Shown here piece after piece: positions 1-9,965 of a stretch of DNA of 53,320 bases (within the stretch, counting starts at the first letter, position 1; each line of letters starts with the position of its first letter). Made by a program: the position numbers and the translations under genes. Location: assembly GCA_034112165.1 (NCBI GenBank), contig JAWUVV010000052.1:1-53320 (forward strand), written 5' to 3'. The notes under the pieces are model-generated. The model saw nothing but the letters and a program-made list of their open reading frames with translations, searched no databases and had not been told where the DNA came from. Source of the DNA: Candidatus Altimarinota bacterium (GTDB lineage: Bacteria; Patescibacteriota; Gracilibacteria; BD1-5; UBA6164).

Positions 1-572
1 TCGAATCTCTCCTATTGTTTTATACTCCCTAAATACGCTGCATTAAATGTTTGTAATCTCCCAAGGAATTCATCTGATACATCATTTCCATCTGCTATAA
101 TCAGCTGCAAGTTCTTGAGACTTGCTAGTTTTTTAAAGTCTTCTTCATCAAGTTTATTATTTGATACATCCAGCGTTTTCAGCTCTGTAAGTTTTTCTAT
201 CCCATCGAGCGTCTCAAGCTGATTATTTGCTACAGATATAAATTTAATTTCAGCAGGATATTTTATATCTCAAAAGTAAGTAATAACATTATTATCTGCT
301 ATAATTCTTAATAATTTAGAATACTGTGAAATATTAAGTACCTGTATAGTATTGTTTGAAATATCAATATTTGCAATTTCTTCATCACCCGCGAGTCCAT
401 TCAGACTTACAAATCAAGTAAGCTCCATATTAGAGAGGTTAATACCCCTGTTTTCGCTCGTGTACGTGCTCATTACAAATTCTTGCGTTAGTATGTCTTG
501 GCTCTCTTTAACTCCTCATGAGCATGAAGTTATAAGTACTAAGCTCAGTAAAAGAAATCATATTTTGTTCAT
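1..572 (-). CDS. Leucine-rich-repeat lipoprotein (N-terminal part; C-terminus runs off the left edge)
   Basis: ATG at 572. The MNKIGFLLLSLVLITSC signal peptide has a lipobox Cys. It is followed by LxxLxLxxN repeats (e.g. FISVANNQLETLDGIEKLTELKTLDVSNNKL). Four in-frame TGA are read as Gly. Confidence 0.7.
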
Positions 573-638
573 AGATATATATTTATAGATAATACAATGA
601 TTATAAACTAGTGCGCATAAAAGGCAATTAATTATTTG

Positions 639-700
639 GAGACCGGGGGCATTTGAGACCGGTCTCAAATATCAGGTCAGGAAGTTTGGAGACCAGTCTC
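639..700. repeat. Cluster of GAGACC(G/A)GTCTC palindromic motifs (copies at 639-646, 652-669, 689-700)
   Basis: TTTGAGACCGGTCTCAAA is a perfect 18-nt palindrome. It is flanked by TTTGGAGACCGG and TTTGGAGACCAGTCTC. The same core recurs in terminators at 5208, 35895/35924 and 47005. Confidence 0.6.
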
Positions 701-740
701 GGGAAAAGCCGGCTCCTCTCAAAATATAAACACAAAAAAA

Positions 741-764
741 CACCCACATATAAATATGTGGGTG
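741..764 (-). terminator. Rho-independent terminator of the surface-protein gene
   Basis: CACCCACATA/TATGTGGGTG 10-bp stem with a 4-nt loop. On the minus strand it is followed by a T-run (A-run 734-740) and lies about 45 nt after the stop at 810. Confidence 0.7.
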
Positions 765-809
765 TTTTCAAAACTATCCGAATAGTTCTATCAGATGAGC
801 AAATAACAA

Positions 810-3800
810 TTAGTTAGTAACTGTATATTCACCTAAATCAAGAGTATTATTAAGTTTTACTGTAGTAGTATTAGCACCGTTGATAGTATAAGTTACACCA
901 TCTTGAGCTATATCAAATGTATTACTTGATGTAGCAACTCTGTCTATAATAATTTCATAAACTTCGTTACTATTACCAATTGAATCACTAGTTACAGAAA
1001 CAACTATTTCATTAGCAGTATCAGTAGCAGCATCAAAGTTAGCAGTACCAACTGTTAGACCAGTACTATTTTTAACAGTAGCAGTTTGACCAGCCATGTT
1101 ACCAGTATATGCAATCTTAAGACTTGTTAGTTCAGCTTGTACAGCGTCACCATTAGCAGTAGTATTATTTCCACCAGCAACAACGAGTCTTAATTTAGCA
1201 GTTGTATTAGTATTAGATAATACAGCAGTGATACTTGGAGTAACAACAGCAGATACTATATCAAGAGTTTGAGAAGGTGCAGCAACTGAAAGATCAGCAA
1301 CAACTTTACCTGACTCATTTCCTTCAGCTTTAGAGAGAGCAATGTTAGTAACAGTAAGACCTGTTTGAGTTTGTCCAACAAGGTTTCTACCGATATTAGC
1401 AGTGTTTAATCTGAGAGCTAGTTCACCAGTAGTTTCTGGTAGAATAAGAGCAGTTAGGTCGTCGAATATAATAGTTCCAACACCCATATTAGTACTAGAG
1501 ATATCTGAGTTAGAAGCAGTTCCAACTACAACACCATTGAGAAGAATATCAGCTGTAGCAACTGAACTCTTAAGTGAGTCAACAACAGCAGTACTTACAC
1601 CACCAAGTGTGAAAGTAACAACTTCAACATCAATAGTTTCATCGTTAGCTCTCACATCCCATGAAGCTATAATTGATGCGTCTCCAGCAAGACCAAGCTT
1701 GTCGAATTCATTATCAGCATTAGCAGGATCTAGGAATAGAGTAGCAATAGTACCTGAGTTAGTAACAGCAATAGATCTGTTAGAAGCAACAGGAAGAGTA
1801 ACAACTATATCATCATTTTCATCGTCAGTTATACTAATAGCAGTAAGACTAGCTCTATAAGCAGAACCAGTAACAGCATCATTACCGTCAACTAAACTAA
1901 CTGTAACAACGAATTTTTGTTTTCCATTAGCAGGGATCATTACATCACCCATATTGCTGAAAGTAACTGTTCCTAAGTTAGAAAGAGAGTCACCATCTAG
2001 AAGGTTTGCAGCAGAAACTGAATCCTTATAAAGATTAACAAGAGATATTTGTTGTTTTGTAGCAGCAACATTTGTAGCAGTTCCAGTAGTAACTGGAGCA
2101 GTAATAGTAATTGCACCAGTAGAAGTTAAAGTAATTTTATCTCCATTTGCAGTAGCAGTAACATTAGTAACATTTGCAGTAATATTAGCCGCAAGAGCTG
2201 CAGCAGTAGTAGCAGCAATAGTTGTAGTACCATTAACATTTACTTGATATGAAAATGTACCATTAACATTACCAAGCTCAACACTCGCAGTGAATACATT
2301 AGAAGCTAAAGGAGTCGCTTGAGTATACTGACCAGCAGGATATGTAATCGTAGTAGCTGGGATTGTCATAACAGCAGCAGCGCTCGTAGCACCAGCAATT
2401 TGACTTGCAAGAGCAGTAGCTACCGTAGTAGTAGTAGCACCAGATACAGCTGTATATGTGTAAGTAGTACCATTAACAGTGATGCTATACATATCACCAA
2501 GAGTTGGAGCTGTATTAACAGTAACTGCGATAGTTTGAGTAGTAACAGGAGTAGTTCCATCTACAGATGAGATAGAAGGACCTTGGTCAGAAAATAATGC
2601 TACTGTTAGTTCGTCAACTGTAAGAGATGAAACTTGTTCAGCTTCAACTTCAAATTCAAATGCAACAACATTATTAGCACCTCTTACTACATCAATTGAT
2701 GGAGAAAGTGATAGAACGTTAATTGAAGCACCTGATTCAGAACCATCAATAGAGTTAAATGATAGACTCGAAGGAGTGATATCAATTACTCTCTCATCAT
2801 CTGTAGTTTCGTTAATAACAATGTCATTAATTGCATTACCTGAACTATCTTCAGTAGCTAAATTAATAGAAACATCAAAACTGATGTTATCAAATCCATT
2901 GATATCTTCAGCAGTATCAGCTCTGATCATCCACGTAGTAGTACCTTCACCAATGAGAGCATCAATGTTAGTATCAGCGAATTTAACAGTAGCTGCTGTC
3001 AATGAAGAAGCATCTAATGTATATGAAGAACCTGTTTCCATGTTGTAGAGTTCAACTTCAGTAAAAATACTAGAAGGAACAGCAGCAACTGGACTGATAG
3101 ATCCAACAGTAGTAGTAGCAGCGTCAGTCATTGCGATTTGAGCAGCAAAGTCAGCAAGTTCAAGACCATTTCCAGAAAGGTTTATGATTTTGAAAGTAGC
3201 AAGAACTACGTTATCTTTATCTTCTCTAATTTCATCAATATCTGATTCAACTTCGATAAATGTTAATTCACCAGCTTGGATAGTAATAGATGGAGGGTTA
3301 AATCCAGCAATTACAACTCCAGCACCGAAACCAAATTTAGTAGAGTTTGCAGTAACGTCTAGTTTAGCGTCAATCCCAAAAGAGATAATATCACCAGCAC
3401 CTTCAATTACGTCGGCTCTCACTGTAAAGTCAACATTTTTATCTTCTTGTATAAGAAGACCATCTAGGTCAAATGTAAGGTAGTCACCTGACATCATAGC
3501 AGTAGTAGCAACTACTGTGTTTCCCATAAGAAGTTCGAAGTTTCTTAGGTCATCTTCAGCATCTGAAGAACCTTCGAAAGTAATAGATTCAACCATTACA
3601 TCTTCGTCGTTATCACCTTGAATTTCAAATTCAAAAATATCAGCAGCAACTTCTCCAAGATTTGGATTAGAAACAGAACCATTATCAGCGAAAGTGATAG
3701 AAGGAGCATCAACTGAACCTATTCTCATAGTACTCCCTCTAGTTCAAAGACCAGTAACAGTAGAGTTAGCAGTAACGTCAACAAGTTCTAAAGCGAACTC

Positions 3801-4823
3801 ATCAGATTCAATACTAGGGTTTGATGCAATAGTTGGTACATCAACAACAACCATAAGTGTTACTGTTTCACCAGCTTGGATAACTATACCACCATTATCA
3901 ATATTAATTTGAGCAGTAGTATCATTATCTTGGTTGTCGTTTCTTGCGTTAGAAACTCTTCCAGCAGCTGTAAACACAGCAAGTGCACTAAGAGTATCAG
4001 CGTCTGATAGTCCTGTTCTTTTTACAGAAACTTGACTCACAGTAACATCAGAGTCTCCAGCAGTAAAGTCGAATGCTGCAGCTTTAAGACCATTAACCCC
4101 ACCAGGGATAGTAGTAGCAGCAGGGCTCATTGGTGAAAGACTTACTAGAAGCTCACTTCCATCAACAATAATTGGATCAGTTGGATCAACTGGATCAACT
4201 GGATCAACTGGATCCTCTTCACAAATTCCTAGAAGGTCACAAAGTGGATCCTCCGTAACAACTTCACCATCCATGTTGATAGCTTCAGCAGCCCATATGA
4301 ACATTTCAGCTCTTGTAGCTGGAGTGTTATAGTCTGAGAATGAAGTAGCAATACCCATAGATACAGCAGCATCTACGTAACCAGCTCTCCAGTCAGCATT
4401 ATTATCTCTTTCTAAATCTCTTCCTTGGAAGACCATTTTAAGAGCTTCGATTTTTGACACAAGATCACTTGGTCTAAATCTAGAATTTCCAGCAACAAGA
4501 CTGTTAGTCAATGCAGTTTCAGCATATTTACATGCCCAATCAGCAGAAGTTAGGTCAGAAAATTGACCTGAACAGTTATCAATTACAGCAATAGATGAAA
4601 GATTCATCATTACCTTAACAGCTTCTCTTCTCGGAAGGTTGTCTCCAAGTCTGTAATCAGCAGGATTAGCAGATTGATCAACAATTATTCCAAGAGTAGC
4701 AAGCTGATTAGCTGCTTCCACTCCAGAGAGTGCAGCAGAAACTCCAGCGATAGGTGTTACCATAGAAAAAACTATAGCAAGACCAGCAACCGCTGAGGTA
4801 GCTTTCTTAACAAAAGTACTCAT
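810..4823 (-). CDS. Giant SLH-domain surface (S-layer-like) protein, 1337 aa
   Basis: Track ORFs 3744..4823 and 810..3728 are in frame and separated by a single TGA (3744-3746). Features in order:
- an N-terminal signal peptide;
- SLH-like repeats (QFSDLTSADWACKYAETALTNSLVAGNSRFRPSDLVSKIEALKMVF plus two flanking copies);
- a PVDPVDPVDPTDP linker;
- about 1100 aa of T/S/A/V/N/D-rich beta-type repeats. Confidence 0.8.
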
Positions 4824-5040
4824 AAGTTTTACGAGTTACAAAATAAAATCAATGCGTCTGAACAATGAACGGTTAAAGCCTTAACCCGTAGTCGTAATGC
4901 GCACAACTAGGGAGTTTAATATTCAACCTACCTATAAGGGTAAAACACTAAACTCCCTACTCGTGGCTGTATACAGCTGCGAATGGGGCCTTAAAAAGCT
5001 CGGGTCATATTAAGGACCAAAAATACGTAGCAAATAATAT
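4824..5040 (-). promoter_or_regulatory. Long structured leader (or separate small RNA) upstream of the surface-protein gene
   Basis: GC-richer than its surroundings. Stems seen: GGGAGTTTA...TAAACTCCC (9 bp), ACGGGTTAA.GGC.TTAACCGT, and the GCTGTATACAGC palindrome. I recognised no ORF. Confidence 0.35.
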
Positions 5041-5084
5041 ACTATTTCTCTCTGAGTGCAAACTCTCAGTGCCTCATTTCACTG

Positions 5085-5136
5085 ATTCTTCACACAAATC
5101 ACGTGTTCTTCAGATTTCTTCACACAAAAATACGTG
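5085..5136. promoter_or_regulatory. Two tandem ~21-bp direct repeats TTCTTCACACAAA(N)ACGTG
   Basis: The copies at 5085-5105 and 5115-5136 are near-identical. They lie upstream of the surface-protein leader, so this is a candidate operator or UP site. Confidence 0.35.
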
Positions 5137-5143
5137 AAAAGAC

Positions 5144-5191
5144 CGATAATAAAGTAGGGAACGCAGATCTGCGTTCCCTACTTTATTATCG
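5144..5191. terminator. 48-nt perfect palindrome (24-bp arms, AGATCT centre) downstream of pilC
   Basis: CGATAATAAAGTAGGGAACGCAGA|TCTGCGTTCCCTACTTTATTATCG was checked base by base. The arm GTTCCCTACTTTA is repeated once more directly at 5191-5204, followed by CCGGTCTC. Confidence 0.6.
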
Positions 5192-5226
5192 TTCCCTACT
5201 TTAATTACCGGTCTCAGTTTTTAAGC

Positions 5227-6405
5227 TTAACTTTGAGAAACAGTATCAGCCAAGTTCATAATAGGCTGCATGATGGCAATTGCGATAAATCATACAACGA
5301 CCGCTAGAAAGACTATAATAAATGGTTCTAAAAGCTTATTAATCGTTGCTGCCATATTGTCTACCTGTTCATCGTAGAAGTCAGCAACCTTAATAATAAC
5401 AGTGTCTAACTTGGCTGACTGTTCTCATACCTGAATCATCTGCACCATAATGTCTGGAAAAAGGGGGTCTCACTCCAAAGATTCCCACATTTTCATACCC
5501 TGACGAACATCTTCAAGTAGCAGTAAGATTCTTTGCCTGTACACCTCGTTTCACACCGCGTCAGAAACTATCTTGAGTGATTCAACTACTGATACTCATG
5601 ATCACATAAGTCCTGAGAAAACTCGAGAAAACTTTGATAATACAACCTTTTGAGTAATAGCGCCGAAAATTGGGATTTTTAATATCAATTTATCAAAATT
5701 ATATTTTCAAGTTGGGGTATTCTTCCAAAGTAATATAGAAACATACCCAGCAATGACTGTGAATATCATAAGATACCAATAGTTCACAAAAATATCCGAC
5801 ATAAATATAAGAGCCTTTGTAGTACTTGGGAGAGCCGATTTATCTTCGAATATTTCCAAGAGGTTTGGTACGACTACTATCATCATCACTGCAATAACCC
5901 CAACAACAACTAACATAATCATCGCTGGATAGATAAGCGCTGATTTCATCTTTCATGAAACAGATGCCATTTTTTCTACTTGATCAGCCAATCACGTTAA
6001 TACTTCATTGAGTTTTCAGGTTTTTTCACCAGCTCTAATAACTCCAATTTCTGACTCTATAAATGAATTTGGGTACCTATCCATACATTCAGATAGGTTC
6101 TTTCACTCCTTTAATGAGACCAGCATTTCTCATAGTATTTTTTTAAATGCGACGTTTTTTTCTTGTTTTTCTAGCACAGCAATTCACTTTATAAGAGACA
6201 TACCTGCGTTGAGCATAGTAGACATAAGTCTATAAAAAATGATTTTTTCCCGTACCTTTATTTTTTGAAACCCTGCAAATATATCATTGAGACGCCCCAT
6301 AAAATCCTTTTTCTCTTCAGATTTTTTACCGCTATTTAATAGAGCGTCATCAGAGACAATTCCCGTCTTTCCCTCCTCTTCTCATAATATAATTATATCC
6401 TCCAT
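5227..6405 (-). CDS. pilC: Type IV pilus / T2SS platform protein (GspF/PilC family), 392 aa
   Basis: Code-25 translation gives two T2SSF-type repeats. The typical C-terminus is LLEPFIIVFLAVVV[TGA=G]FIAIAIMQPIMNL. There are 3 TM segments and about 13 in-frame TGA. Confidence 0.9.
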
Positions 6406-6425
6406 AATAATGGTTTACTACTAAA

Positions 6426-7697
6426 TTACTCCTCGTTTTGTGTTTTAGAAACTCTGTACACCTCCTCAAGAGTGGTTTGTCATTGCAGGGCTTTTATAAT
6501 ACCGTCTTGCTCTAAGGAAATCATTCCATCCTTAATTGCTTGCCTGTTGATATTAAATGCTGAATCACCTCTTAGAATCATATCTTTTACTCAAGGGCTA
6601 ATTTCTAGCATCTCATACATACCTACTCGACCTTTATATCCATTTCATTGACACACATCACATCAAACTGCTTTGTAAAACATTGGTGATTTCATTTTTT
6701 CTGCTCCAACCCTATCAAGCAACTCTTCTTTCGGAGTAACAGATAATGCGTGCTTTATATTCTGAAGTGTCGTCTTATCTATTTCACTCAGTGGTCTTAC
6801 TACTTTACATTCATCACATACTCGTTTCACAAGTCTCTGAGCAATAATAATATTAAGTGACGCTGGAATCAGAAATGGTTGTACTCACATATTTAGTATC
6901 CTCGTAATGGTTTCAGCTGCATTATTTGTATGGATGGTCGACAGCACTAAATGTCATGTCAAAGATGCTTCGATGGCTATATCTACGGTTTCTTTATCAC
7001 GCATCTCTCATACCATAATAATATCTGGATCTTGTCGCAGCGCGGTTCTTAGTCCATTTGCAAAGGTATATCAAATACCAGGCTTTACTTGACTCTGACT
7101 AATACCGTCTACTTGATTCTCGACAGGATCTTCCAGCGTCATGATATTAACGTCAGGAGCATTGAGCATGGTAAGTATAGAATAGAGGGTTGTTGATTTA
7201 CCAGAACCAGTAGGTCAGCTCGTGAGAATAACTCCATTAGGAAGGCCGATTGCCTTTTCTAAAAGTCTTTTATTTTTTCACTCTATTCCAAGCATTCATA
7301 GCTCAGGAATCTTTTTACTTTTATCTACGATACGCATAACTATCTTCTCTCAATGAACCGTTGGTAGGGTAGAGACGCGGAGATCTAATGGCTTTCAAAG
7401 TATCGTTTGAGAAATACGTCCATCTTGAGGGACTCTAGATTCATCAATTTTTAGTTCTGAAAGTATTTTAAATCTTGCAATAATACCAGAATGAAGAAAG
7501 GATTGATACTCTAATATTTCCTTTAGTTCCCCATCAACTCTATATCGCAGTCTTACAAAGGAACTCAGAGGTTCAACGTGTATATCTGATGCGTCTCATA
7601 GCACTGCGGCAAGAATAATCATATCACAGATCTTCTGTATATTGTCTCACTTATAGACCAGGGTTTTTAACTCTTCTAGTATTGATGTGTAATCCAT
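6426..7697 (-). CDS. pilB: PilB/GspE-family assembly ATPase, short form (423 aa)
   Basis: Supporting motifs:
- Walker A LTS[TGA=G]PTGSGKST;
- the VHGEKIVMRI and [15 protein letters not shown] boxes;
- the tetracysteine motif CDEC...CDVCQG typical of PilB/GspE rather than PilT.
The long N-terminal GSPII domain is absent. Confidence 0.9.
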
Positions 7698-7700
7698 ATT

Positions 7701-9005
7701 TTATTTTATAAGTATTTTCATCTGCTGCTCATAGGCTTTATTAATTTTTTCTAACTGCTTATTGTACTGCGTAGCACTATCAAAAGTCTCCTCAATCTTA
7801 TCACCTTTAGCGCTTTCTTTTCGTAAAGTAGTAATATCTTTCTCTAGGGCTAAAACGAGTGTTTCCAGGTTTTGCAAAGTTTGTATAGCAGTCAGCTCTA
7901 TTGAATTTGAGTACTTATACCTTTGGCTTAGGAACTTTTGAGTGTTGCTTTGTAATAATGCTGAGAAACTTGTATATTTTTCAAGTAACTTATTAATATA
8001 TGCTTGCATTTTATATCCAGGAACTCCCGCTACATAAAACTGCAACTCAACATCCATTTCGTACTTTTCTTTTCATTGCAAAGTTTTCATTGCAAATATA
8101 AGGGAATCCGTTGTTTTTACCGATGAATTAGGGTATTCATTCAGACTCAAGGATACAATATCTGCCAGCTGATTCTCATATATATTATAATCTCAAGAAC
8201 TTTCTGATCATTCAATACGTTTACTTATGAAATTATCATTTGGAACTACAAATCACTCATCAGATATTGTAATTTGCGCAACATTTTCAAAATAATGGAG
8301 AAAGTCTACCATGTCTGATTTTCTTCAAACAAGACTAAATGAAAGTGGAATAGCGAAAATATTTTCTTCAAGTAGATCAGCTGGTCATGAAGTATTGTCT
8401 ATTTCTTCTTTGTCTACATTAATAATATCTCAAACTCAGATATCTCCCTCATAACTCAGGTTAAAACTATAGAGGAGATTCTCTATATAATTAATAAAGT
8501 AAAAGTCTGTGAGCGTACTATTTTCACTATTTTTATCTTCTTCACTCACTTCATCTCAGAATATCGTATCTCCTGATGAATTGTTTCAGTTATAAGTAGG
8601 AAGAAAGACATTTAAATTCTTATCTTTTTCTAGAAATTCCTCAGATTTTTTTATGTTTGATATATCTTCCCTCACGCTATCAAGAAATGCAATATATTGA
8701 ATAGATCCAGTATTAGTAAAGTGTGCCTCGTAAAAATCCTCAGTAACATTTTTTAACAACACCCTTGTATAATCAGTCTCATCTCAAGAAAAGAAATAAT
8801 CCTTCACCTCACTATACGCTAATCATTGTATAAGAGTCGTATTATACTTATCATATATCCTTCATAGCTCTTGTTTTTTGATTTCTATTTCGCTCATCTT
8901 AGGATATGCAAATATAGCAAATACTCATAAAAGTATGAGGAAAAAAATTCCACTAAATATTACAGATTGTATGATTCATTTTTTTATTCTTTTTGTAAGT
9001 TTCAT
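7701..9005 (-). CDS. Hypothetical membrane-anchored protein (434 aa) in the pilus operon
   Basis: ATG at 9005. N-terminal TM helix (IIQSVIFSGIFFLILL) and a C-terminal coiled coil. Its stop lies 3 nt before the pilB ATG. The reading is continuous only with TGA = Gly. Confidence 0.6.
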
Positions 9006-9011
9006 GTTTTT

Positions 9012-9872
9012 TTAGTTAATTTCAAGAGAGGTCTGCGCGCTGTAACGTAGGCTAAATTCAAAAGACGTTTTACGAGTATAAGGTCAAGACTGAAAGGTCT
9101 CAGAGCTATAAAATTCAGGTTTCTCTATAATAGTAAATGGGGTCAACGAGTACTTTTCTAGGAAATTCAAAAAACTACTTGCTTTAGATATTGATGTTCC
9201 GCCTCAGCGCACTGTTTGTAGGAGTGTATTTTCAACTCTTAAAATATCCGTATTCCAATCAGAAGAGAAACTATCACAGCTCATTGAGATAATATCTTCT
9301 ATGATAAGAATGTCATAACAGGTAATTTCAGATTTATCTGTAGACGAAAATAAATCTTTCATCTTATCAAACTCACTTAATATTTCCAAAGGCTTAAGGC
9401 GTGTTTTTCATTTATTTAGTAAAAAATCTACCTTTTTAGAAAGATTGTAATTCTCTAAACTATATGTATCCCCTAATAGAGGAAGAATCAACTTGCTCTG
9501 TTCAAGTCATATTTTATCTAGTTTGCTCGTATATTCTTGCAGAGAAGGTGTAACTCAATAACAAGTACCTGGATATATCGTCTCACTTCCTAAAAATAGG
9601 GAACAAATAGGATTCAGAAAACTATACTCTGTTTTTTCCTTATTATTTTGAATATAAATATATCAGAAACATGAGATGACAAGTAGAAAAAGCACTATAT
9701 TAATACTAAGAAGAAAAGAACTTATCTTTTTCATATAATAATAAACATCTTTTTCATTGTTTTTATCATTTTTTTCTAATTCTGTTTTTATGTCTTGGGA
9801 ATCAGTAAATTCGTCAAAAATATTCTCTGAATTTATATCGACATTACTTTCCACTGAACTGTCTCACGGCAT
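9012..9872 (-). CDS. Hypothetical single-pass membrane protein (286 aa)
   Basis: ATG at 9872 is the only ATG after an upstream TAG. Acidic N-terminus followed by a TM helix (ISSFLLSINIVLFLLVISCF). Its stop lies 6 nt before the next gene. Confidence 0.55.
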
Positions 9873-9965
9873 AATATGAATAATAAAGGTATAACTAATA
9901 TAATACTAACATATTGGCTTTCATTTATCAATGCATTGAGCTTTACAATCTAAGTATATTTTTCT

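Noticed and set aside
1402-3912. Plus-strand ORFs in the track (1402..1860, 2319..2570, 2776..3048, 3184..3483, 3694..3912).
   Set aside because: They lie antisense to the long surface-protein gene and have Ser/Leu/Ile-rich mirror-image composition. They are artefacts of the low stop-codon content opposite a biased CDS.
4860-5000. A tRNA or tmRNA gene in the GC-rich patch upstream of the surface-protein gene.
   Set aside because: There is no GTTCRANYC T-loop, no acceptor-stem pairing and no CCA-adjacent structure. It is better explained as a structured mRNA leader.
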